From: a virus
Length of the DNA: 64,000 nucleotides
IMG/VR virus record: IMGVR_UViG_3300021171_000010
Location: 1 to 64,000 of that record
Reading direction: 5' to 3' (one strand)
The notes under the pieces were generated by a model that searched no databases, was not told where the DNA came from, and worked only from the letters and a program-made list of their open reading frames with translations. Positions 26,998 to 37,800 of this stretch are shown here, one piece after another (position 1 is the stretch's first letter; every line of letters starts with the position of its first letter). The translations under genes and the position numbers were made by a program.

Positions 26998-29028
26998 ATG
27001 GGCCAGCTTCCTCAAGCAACAGACTCGAACCTAATTCAGGACTTCGATGGCAGTTTTTTTCAGGGTTCCAAATCCGATTGTGACCCGTCCCAGCTACCTG
27101 TTGGGTATGCGTGGAACCTGATTAACATGCTGAATCTCGGCGGAGTGCTTTCTTGCCGTCCCGGGTATCGTTGCATTTATACTTTGCCAGATGGAAATCT
27201 TCAGGGCCTAACTCTTTTTCGTCCTCTCGTGGGAGTGGAGCAGCTTATTGCGGTGGTGGACGGTTTGATTTACGTTTCTCCATATCCGTTCGTTTCATTT
27301 ACTCAATTAAGGGGCGTGACCCTTTTGCCGGCAGCGGAACAAGTTTTTTGGGCGCAGACTTTGCAGGCCGCAGAACGAATTACAGAAGACTTCGCATCTG
27401 CGATTAAACTAATTCCCAGCAAAGCAGTGTTGTTCATTCAGGACGGCGGATTCTCCGCACCTATTTGGTATGATGGCGCCCAGTTTGGTTCTGTGCAAGG
27501 CCACGCATTCGACACGCCCGCAGGTGGTTCGATGGTATGGGTGGGCAGCCGTTTGTGGGTAGCATCAGGAAATCAAGTTTTTGCTAGCGATGTGGGTAAT
27601 CCATTTTCGTTCCGGGAAAACATTTACTTGGGTGGCAGCTCAGCCTTTTTCTTTAACGGTCCAGTAACCGCCATGGCTAAAACGCCATCTATCGAAGCCC
27701 CTCAATTGATGGTATTCACGGAGCTTGATGGTTCAATCCTTCAGGCTAATATTCAAGACCGGACTCAGTGGCCCACCACAGTAGATTTTCAAGTGGAAGT
27801 CGTCCAAGTCGGATGCTCGTCGCAGCGTTCCATAGTTTCCCACTACGGCCAAATCGCATGGTTTTCTCCTTCCGGTGTCGCGATTTTCGACCCCGCCACT
27901 GCGGGCAAATTGACTGCGCGGTTACCCGTAAGAGACAATGAAATGTTGGTCAGCAAAACTCGTTTAAACGATGACCTTTCCTTGGTAGCGACCGGCGTGT
28001 TCGGACAATTTTTAATGTTCTCAGTGCCTGTGGATGACATCTACAATAAACATACCTGGGTGCTCAATCACGCGAGTTTCGAAACCTTGTCAGATACTTC
28101 CGGACCTTCCTGGTCTGGTTATTGGCTGGGCACTCGACCGGTAGAGTGGGCGTATGGGACGGTAGCGGACGTGCAGCGAATTTATCACATTTCAAAAGAT
28201 GCAGATGGGCATAATCGAATCTGGGAAGCTTTTCGGCCGGAAAGATTGGATAATGGTTGCCCGATTACCTGGGCCATGGAAAGTCGGGCCTATTTTGGCC
28301 TGACGGCTCCCACCCAGATGAAGGGGCCAGGACAGCGCGCCCGGCTTACCTGGGGTGATATTGCCATGGCCGGAATCGGTGAGGACATCGACTTGGGGGC
28401 GTTTTACGCTGGCGGCACGCGCGGCGCCTATAAACCGTTTCTAGCTAAACGGCTATCGGTGGCAAGAGGCAGTTTAGCATTTGACCAAGACATTGGAATT
28501 AATTCCCAGCTTTTCGCGTTCAAACCGCAATCCCGAGTGGTTCGCACGGAAGACGCCAGCAAGCAGCCTCTAGATTCTCCTTTAGCTTCGTGTGGCGCCG
28601 AGCGCCCCGAAAACGAGAATATTGATGAAAGTTTTCAATTCCTGATTGTGGGTCACGGGCCGGCAACCATTAGATGGGTGAGAGCATTTGGTCAAACTGT
28701 TCCGGAAGCCTTTCAAGGCAGCGGAACCGCATGCACTGATGAAACCGGAGTGAACGCCGTTCGATTTGATGGTGTTGGTGTGGCTGCTAATGATGAAGCC
28801 GGCGCTATCGCCGCTCTGGCGGCCGTCAATACGCAGCGTTATACTTCAGTGCAAACAGTGTCTGTTACTCAAAAAGGATTCTCTGAAGTAGGTGTAGGGA
28901 ACGCTGAAAGTATAGTGTCTCAGGAAGCAGCCGACCGAGTGGCGGGAATTATTGCCACCAAGCAGGCTGAAGCAGCCTTGTTCGCAGTTGTTCCCCCCGT
29001 GGTTTCGCAGGGGGTGGGGCTCCCGTGA
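26998..29028 (+). CDS. tail nozzle / tail tubular protein B-like (stabilization protein)
   Basis: 676 aa, beta-propeller-like; N..N.GG.L..RPG and RLWVA...VFASD motifs; podovirus gene order. Confidence 0.65.
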   Translation: MGQLPQATDSNLIQDFDGSFFQGSKSDCDPSQLPVGYAWNLINMLNLGGVLSCRPGYRCIYTLPDGNLQGLTLFRPLVGVEQLIAVVDGLIYVSPYPFVSFTQLRGVTLLPAAEQVFWAQTLQAAERITEDFASAIKLIPSKAVLFIQDGGFSAPIWYDGAQFGSVQGHAFDTPAGGSMVWVGSRLWVASGNQVFASDVGNPFSFRENIYLGGSSAFFFNGPVTAMAKTPSIEAPQLMVFTELDGSILQANIQDRTQWPTTVDFQVEVVQVGCSSQRSIVSHYGQIAWFSPSGVAIFDPATAGKLTARLPVRDNEMLVSKTRLNDDLSLVATGVFGQFLMFSVPVDDIYNKHTWVLNHASFETLSDTSGPSWSGYWLGTRPVEWAYGTVADVQRIYHISKDADGHNRIWEAFRPERLDNGCPITWAMESRAYFGLTAPTQMKGPGQRARLTWGDIAMAGIGEDIDLGAFYAGGTRGAYKPFLAKRLSVARGSLAFDQDIGINSQLFAFKPQSRVVRTEDASKQPLDSPLASCGAERPENENIDESFQFLIVGHGPATIRWVRAFGQTVPEAFQGSGTACTDETGVNAVRFDGVGVAANDEAGAIAALAAVNTQRYTSVQTVSVTQKGFSEVGVGNAESIVSQEAADRVAGIIATKQAEAALFAVVPPVVSQGVGLP

Positions 29029-30425
29029 ACATTATCCAGGAAAATCTCTTCTTACGCCGACCGCCCATTGATTATGTGTCGCCCCCGGTGTGTCCAGTTT
29101 TCGTGACCCCTTCGAGTGGTTCAGGCTCTTCATTGACCAGCGCTTTTACGATTCCAGAATCATGTAATTTGGTATCGCCCACGGCGTTTGTCGGGCAAAA
29201 CAACATTTTGACTTGGACTCCTCTGCCTACTTCCTGTCAAGGAGGATGCCAGGATTCTGCCGCATCAGGCGATGCCGACTGCAAAACGGTTGAATTGTGC
29301 TATTCAGTATATCGAGCCACCAACGCGAGCAATCCCAATGGAAGTTATGATTTGATTGCTTCATGTGTCCCGAAGCTTACTACTATAATGTGCACACCCG
29401 GTTGCTATGTTGCGGCTGCGGTGGATGCTCACGGCGTGGAAATCGCGAGAGGAACACCGGTGTGTGGCAACGGCAGCGCGCCGATTAAGATTGCAATGCC
29501 CGTGGTAGACGGAGCGGTAGAATACAATTTGTATCACACCTCGGACCCTTCTAATCCATCTGGGATGTATCAGTTAGTTTTATCTCTATATGGGGGCGAA
29601 GCTTTTGAATTGTGCGCAACTGGGTGTTATCGGGTCGGTTTCATCACGCCAGACGGAGCAACTCCGCTAGGTAACGTTGTTTGTGTTACTGTGCTGTGCC
29701 CTCCCCAGGTGTGTTCCCCTGGAGACATTTGGAATGCGGCGAGCTGCTCTTGCGTCCCTATTATCTGCCCTCAGCAGCCATGCACTCCCGGTTTGATTTG
29801 GGATTTTCTGCATTGCGATTGTGTGCCATGTCCGGTTCAACCCTGCTTGCCGAGTCAGATTTGGGACACCACCAATTGCGCGTGCGTTACTTGTCCTGTA
29901 GAGCCGTGCCCACCCGGGTCCTGCTGGAATCCCTCCATATGCGCTTGCTCAGGTGCGCCCGGGGCTGGTTGGTCCAATGCAACTATAATTGCTCCCTGGG
30001 CCATATATGAGGGAGTGCCCCCGCTTCCGCCCGGAACTTTTGGGATAACCGGTGGCTACACCGGGAATTCGTCATTGACTGGCTCTTTATTCATGACGGG
30101 TGCCGCGGGCTTCAATAATCTTTTCGGGGAAATCCAGTTTAGCGTGATAAATCCCGGAGGTGTGGGCAACAGCGCTACCATGATTTGGAATTACACAGCT
30201 ACCGGTCCATCCAATCTGGGGATTGCAGTAAGCCAGGGGGGATGTTTAATAGGAACAGGAACCTGTGGAATCATGGTGCCGAACACGCCGGGCTCATACA
30301 GCGTAAGCTTTCCATTGCCTTCTTCTCCCGGGATAATCACGGTGGATTTTAAATTGGAAATCGAGGGACCGGCAGCCTCGAATGTGGCGAATTTAAGCTT
30401 TAGTTTCAACAACAACTGTCATTGA
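29025..30425 (+). CDS. Cys-rich tail fibre/appendage protein
   Basis: Many Cys residues; four tandem CPxxxCxPxxxWxxxxCxC repeats. Confidence 0.6.
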   Translation: MNIIQENLFLRRPPIDYVSPPVCPVFVTPSSGSGSSLTSAFTIPESCNLVSPTAFVGQNNILTWTPLPTSCQGGCQDSAASGDADCKTVELCYSVYRATNASNPNGSYDLIASCVPKLTTIMCTPGCYVAAAVDAHGVEIARGTPVCGNGSAPIKIAMPVVDGAVEYNLYHTSDPSNPSGMYQLVLSLYGGEAFELCATGCYRVGFITPDGATPLGNVVCVTVLCPPQVCSPGDIWNAASCSCVPIICPQQPCTPGLIWDFLHCDCVPCPVQPCLPSQIWDTTNCACVTCPVEPCPPGSCWNPSICACSGAPGAGWSNATIIAPWAIYEGVPPLPPGTFGITGGYTGNSSLTGSLFMTGAAGFNNLFGEIQFSVINPGGVGNSATMIWNYTATGPSNLGIAVSQGGCLIGTGTCGIMVPNTPGSYSVSFPLPSSPGIITVDFKLEIEGPAASNVANLSFSFNNNCH

Positions 30426-30435
30426 GGATAAAAAT

Positions 30436-31263
30436 ATGGCCCTAGTAGCAACAGACCTTTTCATCCAGATGGGACCGATTCCGCCCACTTTCATCGGCAC
30501 ACCGCAAGCCCTCGCTGACGCTATGGTGCAGCGCATGAAAATTATGTCGCCCGGCGGAACGAATTTCATTTTCACAGGAGACACCGCGCCGACTTCAAAC
30601 GTTGGACCGTGGTTACGCGGCAAGCAGTGGTGGGTATGGGACCCCGATACCAAGCAGTATGTGCCGCTTGACCTTTCGGCGAGTTTGACAATTCCGTTCT
30701 TTATCGGCAATTCTACTCCCTCCGGGACATCTCCTACAGTATGGCTGCAGACCACGCAAGATGCGACCACCTCAGCCCCCACAGCTTTTGGAATGCCCAT
30801 CGGATGGAATGTGTGGAACGGCACCTCATGGGTGCCTTTTGTGGGTATTGTGACTTCCGGACCGACTGCAAACAGACCCACCAGTCCCGCCAATCTTCAG
30901 CAGTTTTATGACACTGATATCAGTTGCTTGATTTGGTGGGAGCGTTCACAGTGGAGAACTGTGAGTGGGGTGCCCGGCGATTTGAAATTTGTAGTCTTCA
31001 CCACGCTGGCAGCCGCATTAGTGGCTAATCCCGGCTGGGACCTTTTCGGGCGAAACACCCCAGGTTTTCTCGGTCGCGGTCTCGTTGCTGCTACCCAGGA
31101 CGCAGTGGGGTCTAACGGTTCAAGCACATTTGCTCCGGTCCCCGGGGTGCCGGCGAGGCACGCTTTTGACACCTTCGGTGAGGCGAATCAAATCGCTACA
31201 TCCGGGTCATCGGGACTGGTTTATCCTCCTAGTATGGCCTTTTGGTTGCTCGTCAAAGGATGA
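30436..31263 (+). CDS. tail-associated protein
   Basis: Trp/Thr-rich; GPTANRP and GDLKFV...GW collar-like motifs. Confidence 0.55.
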   Translation: MALVATDLFIQMGPIPPTFIGTPQALADAMVQRMKIMSPGGTNFIFTGDTAPTSNVGPWLRGKQWWVWDPDTKQYVPLDLSASLTIPFFIGNSTPSGTSPTVWLQTTQDATTSAPTAFGMPIGWNVWNGTSWVPFVGIVTSGPTANRPTSPANLQQFYDTDISCLIWWERSQWRTVSGVPGDLKFVVFTTLAAALVANPGWDLFGRNTPGFLGRGLVAATQDAVGSNGSSTFAPVPGVPARHAFDTFGEANQIATSGSSGLVYPPSMAFWLLVKG

Positions 31264-31273
31264 CTATTAGGAT

Positions 31274-31714
31274 ATGGTTCGCCGCTTAACGCCCGGAGAG
31301 ATGGAAGAAGCCGTTTTGACGGTCATGCCATGCTTTGAGAAGGAATTCGGGCATTTTGCGCCAGTGAAGCCTGAGTTTTTGGCGGCGCACTGGAAGCTCA
31401 TTATGGATATGGGCGGTCTTGCTTTCGGGCTGGAAGTAGCCGACGAATGGCGAGGGTTTCTGCTCGGTTCTGTGCTTCCGGACATGGTATCTGGTGTAAA
31501 GCAGGGCCTAGAATTTTTTTGGTTGGTTGAAAAAGAGTTTAGAGGTGAAGCCTCACTTCAACTATTGAATGCATTCGAAGCAGAATGTAAAAAGCGTGGT
31601 GCTCAGTGGGTTGTGATTGGCATGTCTCAGCTCGCGGCGCCGGAGAAGCGGAAACGAAAATACGCGAAACTGGGATACGTTCCCCACTGCGAAACTTGGT
31701 ATAAGAAAATTTGA
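31274..31714 (+). CDS. GNAT-family acetyltransferase
   Basis: EFFWLVEKEFRG...LLNAFEAECKKRGA...YAKLGY. Typical position before podovirus ejection genes. Confidence 0.8.
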   Translation: MVRRLTPGEMEEAVLTVMPCFEKEFGHFAPVKPEFLAAHWKLIMDMGGLAFGLEVADEWRGFLLGSVLPDMVSGVKQGLEFFWLVEKEFRGEASLQLLNAFEAECKKRGAQWVVIGMSQLAAPEKRKRKYAKLGYVPHCETWYKKI

Positions 31715-31717
31715 AAT

Positions 31718-32725
31718 ATGGGTGACGTATTAGGCTTTGTTGGACAAATTGGCGCGGCCGAAATTCAATCTTCGGCTGCAGAACGCGCTACTCAGGCACA
31801 GCTAGATGCTCTGAATCAGCAGCGCAATTTTGTTTTTCAGAATCTTCAACCGAGCACGATTAATGCGCAAGCAACTCAGGCGGATGTCCAGCAAACGCTG
31901 AGCCAGCTTGAACTGCAGCGTCAAATAGACCCTGGACTTGCTGCCGCTAGGCAAGCGGCAGGTTCGCAGATAGCAGCAGGCACTGCGGGAATTGGAGCCA
32001 CGAGCAACCCCATTGCTGCTCAGGCGGCTGCAGAAGCTACTTCCGGCGTGAGTGGTGCGGCTGGCAGCACCTCTGCTCAGGGTAAACAGCAATTGATTGA
32101 CGCCGCATTGCAGCAACTTAAGCTTGGCGCTACTCTTCCTCCGGATGTTGAAGCTCAACTCGTGCAGTCGGGTCTGGAACAATCTGGAATGGTTACCCAA
32201 TCCGCTTCCGGCCAGGGCATCGGCGGCCAGCTTCAGCGGCAAATCCTTGGGACAGCGGGTATTCAGTTGCAGATGCAACGCCAACAGCAGGCGCAAAACC
32301 TTTTGATGGGGGCACAGAATCTGGAAACATCTCGCGCTAACATCTTGCAGTCGTTGTTTCCGAATCTGGCGCAGACTCAGCTAGCCAATCTTCAGGGCGC
32401 TGAAGGCGCTTTCAACACCTCGAATGCCGCGGCTCCGAACGTAGGCTTAAGCGGCACCAATGTGGCCAATTTGTGGCTCGCGCGCGTGGGCGCTACGAAT
32501 CAGCTTACGCAATCTGCTGCGAACGCCGCGGCTCAGGGCGCAATGGCTCAGGGCACCATTTGGGGACAGGCCGTAGGCGGAGCCGCGCGCGCTGCAGGCG
32601 GAGCGCTTCCCACTGCTAGCCAACTGTGGAGCAGCTTAAACACTAACACCGGAGCTGGCGGAGTGGCTCCCGGAGCAGACCAGCAAAGCCAAGCAGATGC
32701 ACAGGCTGCCGCATCGATAATTTGA
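31718..32725 (+). CDS. internal virion / DNA ejection protein
   Basis: Gln/Ala/Gly-rich, hydrophobic N-terminus, follows the GNAT. Confidence 0.65.
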   Translation: MGDVLGFVGQIGAAEIQSSAAERATQAQLDALNQQRNFVFQNLQPSTINAQATQADVQQTLSQLELQRQIDPGLAAARQAAGSQIAAGTAGIGATSNPIAAQAAAEATSGVSGAAGSTSAQGKQQLIDAALQQLKLGATLPPDVEAQLVQSGLEQSGMVTQSASGQGIGGQLQRQILGTAGIQLQMQRQQQAQNLLMGAQNLETSRANILQSLFPNLAQTQLANLQGAEGAFNTSNAAAPNVGLSGTNVANLWLARVGATNQLTQSAANAAAQGAMAQGTIWGQAVGGAARAAGGALPTASQLWSSLNTNTGAGGVAPGADQQSQADAQAAASII

Positions 32726-32728
32726 TGT

Positions 32729-33199
32729 ATGGGACTTTTCGGCTGGACAGCACAATCATTGGTTCCTCCTCACTCTGTGAGTGCCTTTGGCACTGGTGGT
32801 GTGGGAATGCAGAACGTGTCCCAGGTAGGCACCCCGGCGGCTCAGACTTTTACCACACCGACCACGCCACAGCTTAACATTCAGCCACAAATGCAGCAGA
32901 TTCTTGCGAAGATTTTAGGACCTAATTATCAGCAGGGCACGAATCCAAGTCCCATTGCTGGGTCTCAAGATTTGTATTCTCCGAACTATTTGGCTCAGGT
33001 GAATTCAGGCACTGCGCCCCAGGTTTCTCCAAACGGTTTCACTCGATTTGGGAATTCTTTTTGGCGAATGCCCGCGCAGCAGCCCGCGGAGTCTCAGCAG
33101 CTATCGGGCACCCCAGCACCCACTTTTGCGCCCGCAGCTACCAGCTACGGCGCGCCTTCTGCGTGGACTCCCAACCAAACGAACCTTTTCAATATCTAA
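32729..33199 (+). CDS. Gln/Pro-rich internal virion protein
   Basis: Low-complexity ORF within the ejection module. Confidence 0.55.
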   Translation: MGLFGWTAQSLVPPHSVSAFGTGGVGMQNVSQVGTPAAQTFTTPTTPQLNIQPQMQQILAKILGPNYQQGTNPSPIAGSQDLYSPNYLAQVNSGTAPQVSPNGFTRFGNSFWRMPAQQPAESQQLSGTPAPTFAPAATSYGAPSAWTPNQTNLFNI

Positions 33200-33202
33200 T
33201 TT

Positions 33203-34801
33203 ATGGCTATAGGACAAGAGCCCATTCAACCGATTCAAGCTGGCGCCACTGCGCAACCGCTAGTCACTTCGGCATCCGATGTCGTCACTCCGGATGCGGT
33301 GGCGCAGCTTACTGATGGTTTTCGCAAAGGCTTCATAACGGCTGATGATGTGGTCAATCGTATCGGGGACGTAGGCAAGGCACAGAAAAAGGCCCTCCTG
33401 GAATCTCTTGGTGAATATGTCAATCCGGATTTGATTAATTCACGGCTTGCTGCTGCCAAAGCTTCGACTGCGCAGAGTAATCTACAGCAGCAGCAAGCAA
33501 CGGCGGCGCAGGGCATCGTGCAGCCGGCCGCTAATCTCGCGCAGACACAGATTGCTTCTCAGCAGGCTGAAGCGGTTTACGGCAAAGGTGGACTGGAAAC
33601 TTATCAGACTCTTGGGCCGCTCTACGGTGAGTCTATGCCGCCTAATCCGGATGAGAACGATTTCAAGAAAGCTGCGCAGCGCGGGAATGAAATGAAAGGG
33701 CAGATGATGTTGGCGGACCGGTGGCTGCAACAAATCGCACCAGCGGCAGATTACACCTTCACCGATGCCCAAGGCAATACATATCCTCGCAAGAAAAATT
33801 GGCAGGGCATTGATGTGACTCCGCCAAACCCTTCGACCGGATATCCCGGGTCTCCTGCTTATTGGGCCTATGCGAAGCAGCTCGACCAGTTTTTGCCGAA
33901 GTTCCATCCAGCCCGGTCCCAGTATTTTCTTGACCAGTCTTCGGCACCTAGCCCGGATGATGTTCACGAGGTGGAACCTACTGTGCCGGCGGGAACGCAT
34001 CCCGCCTCGTCTGCGATTGAGCCTTTGACGGATGACCAAGTGCGAGCAGCCGCGGTGAATAAGTTGGGCCTTACCGGTGACCAAGCGGCGAACATGAACG
34101 CCCGAGATTTGACAACCGCCAGGACTCTCATAGAGCCTGCCCAAGCTCCTCCTGCAGTTGCTGCCGCTCCGGCCGCTGCTGCCGTAGCTCCCGCTTATTC
34201 CGGCCAGGGCGCCGCGCCAGGGGAAGTTCCCATAAAGCCCGGTCAGACGGTGCCTGAGGCACGCGAGCAGCTTCAGAAGCTTCCCGGTATCGAGCAATTT
34301 GCCAAGGCTCAGCCTCTGTATGCCAATTTTCTATCCGCGGCAGTGAACGCGCACAAAACTCCGGCCGGGGAGCCTACGGGAACCAGTGATTTGACTCTGG
34401 GAGAAACCTACGGCAAGCTGCTTGACCCGAGCGCCACACTTCGCGAGTTTAAGTGGGATGCTATCAAAAAAGCCATACCCTGGGCCGATGAGTTTTCGGA
34501 TGCTAAGAATTTGATTCTGCGCACCCACACTTTCCCACCCCAGTTCCGGCAGCGCTTGGTGGACGATGGATTCAACATCATCGAAAATAGCGAAAAGGCA
34601 ATTGCGCCGAAGTTGCAGTATGCTCAGAAGCAATATCCTGGGGTGCTCGATTCTGACGAGCAGGGTATCGCGAATGGAGTGCCTTTCCGGCAGCGCAAGG
34701 GTTATTACCAAGCAATCGCGAGCTCTCCTGCCGCGGCTGCCGGTGGCAATAAACGCACAGTAAATATTCCTGGTGTTGGCCCGGTAATCGTCAACTTTTA
34801 A
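33203..34801 (+). CDS. internal virion / DNA ejection protein
   Basis: Ala/Gln-rich; SDL.L...YGKLLDP.ATLRE motif of the type seen in podovirus ejection proteins. Confidence 0.65.
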   Translation: MAIGQEPIQPIQAGATAQPLVTSASDVVTPDAVAQLTDGFRKGFITADDVVNRIGDVGKAQKKALLESLGEYVNPDLINSRLAAAKASTAQSNLQQQQATAAQGIVQPAANLAQTQIASQQAEAVYGKGGLETYQTLGPLYGESMPPNPDENDFKKAAQRGNEMKGQMMLADRWLQQIAPAADYTFTDAQGNTYPRKKNWQGIDVTPPNPSTGYPGSPAYWAYAKQLDQFLPKFHPARSQYFLDQSSAPSPDDVHEVEPTVPAGTHPASSAIEPLTDDQVRAAAVNKLGLTGDQAANMNARDLTTARTLIEPAQAPPAVAAAPAAAAVAPAYSGQGAAPGEVPIKPGQTVPEAREQLQKLPGIEQFAKAQPLYANFLSAAVNAHKTPAGEPTGTSDLTLGETYGKLLDPSATLREFKWDAIKKAIPWADEFSDAKNLILRTHTFPPQFRQRLVDDGFNIIENSEKAIAPKLQYAQKQYPGVLDSDEQGIANGVPFRQRKGYYQAIASSPAAAAGGNKRTVNIPGVGPVIVNF

Positions 34802-34804
34802 GAT

Positions 34805-37800
34805 GTGCCTACGTTTACCGCACCTGACGGTTCGCCTGTTACTTTGACCCCAGAGCAGCAGACTCAAGCGCTTAGCCTTGCATCTGCTGCTACTCCCGAA
34901 GCTACTTTCACTCGGCCTGACGGCACTCCCGTCACATTGGCACCTGAGCAGCAATCTCAGGCGTTGCAACAGGCCCAATCTCCCGCGCCGATGCTTAGCC
35001 GGCCGGATGGCACGCCCCTGGACGTCACAAGTCTTCATGCTGAACAACTGGCCGAGTTGAATAAGCAAGAGCCGGGTTTCGACCTCCCGTCCGTGTGGAA
35101 TTCCCTGCCCGCGGAACAAAAAACACCTGACGCGCTAGCGAGATTTTCTGAAGCTTCGCACCTCGTGCATCAGCAGCCTTTTTCGTTGCCTACGGTGACC
35201 AAGATGCTTTCCAATCTCTGGCAGCTTGCCAAAGGGGGCGGCGAGATGATTTCCAACCTTGCCAAGGGTGGCGCTTTGATAGTTGGTGGATATCCCGGCG
35301 CAGGCACCTGGATGGACCCCCAGAAGGTTAAGGAAGTTCAGCAGGGAATCGCCGAAGGATGGTCTGGAACAGAGAGCGCGGTGACTGGACTCGCCAATCA
35401 ACTCAAGGAAACAGTGGTGCGGCACGTCATTCAGCCGCCTAACACACTGGACCCGGCGGTTAAGCAGCAGAATTTTCTTGATGAGGCTGCGATGGCAGAC
35501 CAGCAGTCTCAAATTCTAAAAGGTCGCGGCGAGTTCATGAATCGAGTTGGTGGCGATGAAATATCTTATTTGGAGTCACAGGGATTTCCGGTTCGCCCAG
35601 AGCATGCTGCTAATCTTGCTCAAGTGGACCCATTCACTTTTTATCTTTTTGGCAAAGCCTTTGACGCATTGCCGGCGGCTACTAAAGCGGCTATTCCCAC
35701 GCCGATTTTAGACGCAATTCAAAAAGCCAGCGATACCGCGACCGATACCGCCAAACAAATCGTGGGCGGAGGAGCTGCTGCGACTGCTGCAGTGCTGCAA
35801 GGTGTAGGCGCGGGCGTGACTAAAGCGGCTCCGCATATTGGGCGCCCCGCGGCTGCGATTGCCGGCGGAATTCATGCCGGCGTGCCGGGCGCGGTCACGG
35901 GACTGGTTTTCGGCAAAGGCATGACCGAATCCCTGTCTGAGATGGGGAAGAAAATTGCTTCGGCAGCTAAAGGCACCGCTAAATTCGGTGAAGGCGTGTC
36001 CAGCGAGGCGGCTACCGGACCGGTATCACAGGCTGCCAAGGACATTATTGAAGCTGCGCCCGGCGCATTAGCTGGTGTCGCTCAAGGCGCCGCTTTAGAT
36101 GTGGGACTTCAGGCGGCCACAGCAGAGACGCCGCAGCAACAGCAAAGCTTCACCCCGGTGGGGACCGCCATGGGATTGACTCATGGTGCTATGTCTGCTG
36201 GCAAGTGGATGCTCGGCGGCCAACTTGCAGGAGAGCGGAACTGGGGCGCTACCGCAGGTGTGCCAAATTCGGCAGCGTTTCCCGCGCTGAACACTCTCCA
36301 CAACGCCGCAATGTCTGCTGCGCCCCCTAAGATTCAGGAAAGAATCAGGGCGATTCAGCAGCTTAAGCAGGGAGTCAATCCTAACACTGATGTTTTCTAC
36401 ATCCCCGACCCGGTGGGTGTGATGGCTGCTCTGGGTGCAACTCCGGGTGCGGAACAGCATGCTTTTCAGGCCGGCGCCGCGAATGGAGTTTTCTTGAAGG
36501 ATTTGCCCGGAGCGAATGGGCAGAAGCGCAACGCAATCATCTTCCAGAACGTAGATGCGGCCCCACACGAAGCAGTGCACGCGATGGATGCAGCTCTCGG
36601 AGCGGAAAGAGTAAATGAGCTTAATCAGTCTGCTAAATCAGACTATGGAGACCTTTGGGACCAATTTACCAGTCATTACGCCAATTTGCTCAATGGAGGA
36701 CAGCCACTTCCTGAAGGCACTACGCCAGGAGATTTTCTGCTTCAGCAATCAGGATTTGGCCCTGAGGCAGCCCGGAATAAAACCGGCGGAGACGGGTCAG
36801 ATTGGCAGACTGCTCTGACACCAGACGAAAAGCAAAACGCGATTGACCGCTACATCGGCGCCGAGATTCGCGCGGAGAACGGGGACGCGTATTTCAAACG
36901 CACGGGCGGCAAAGCGCCGGGATTCACAGACAAAATGGCGAATGCTGCCGGCGAGCTCGTAAGCCTGCTAGGTGGAAATCCCTTAGAGGGACGCGTTAGC
37001 AGCGGACTTCAACTACCGTTGCGATGGGACACGTTTAAACAGGCTGGTCAAACTCTTGCCGAGGCCCGGGCTAATGTTCCTCCTGCTTTGCGGCCTGTAG
37101 CTAGAACGCCACTAACTACTAAGACGGTGCCGACCACGCCGGAGGAAATCCAGCAGAATGCGGATGACGCAAGAGTAATTGCTGGACAGCAGCCGGCAGA
37201 GAAACCGACTGGCGCCGAGGGCGAGCAGTCGCCCAAAGAAGCCCTGGGAACAGTTGCTGAAGCGATTGCAAGCCAGTCCCCAGTGCGATATCAATACCGC
37301 GGGGCCGCCGGCGAAACTCCTACAGGGGGAGCCTTGGAAACTGATGTTTCGCAGCGCCAAGCCGAAATAGCCAAAGCTCAAAACGTGTCTGAGACCGACC
37401 GAGATCTTTTCGAGCGCGTCGGATTCCCATACAAAGTAGAAATGACCGGCAAAGGTCCTCAAGTTCTAGACTGGGCGCCCGTAAATCTCGCCGCAAATGC
37501 TTTTCGTTGGTCCAAAGCTCTGTCAGAACTAGCCAAGAAAAATCCAAATGCTCCGGAGCTTGCACGCAATCCATTTGCATTAGATGTCGCGAAAGGCGAG
37601 TTCACAACTGAAGGCTGGCATGATTTGTTAGACACTGCACAGAAAGTATCTGCAAATCAACTTGCCGGATTTGGCGGGGCTGGACAGAAAATCGTTGTGC
37701 CGTCCGATTTAGGGGCTGCGAACGTCTATGCACCGCCTCGTGTTTCTGAAACTGCTCCTTTTCAAGTTGACCAAGCGAAAGCAGATTTTATTAACATGCT

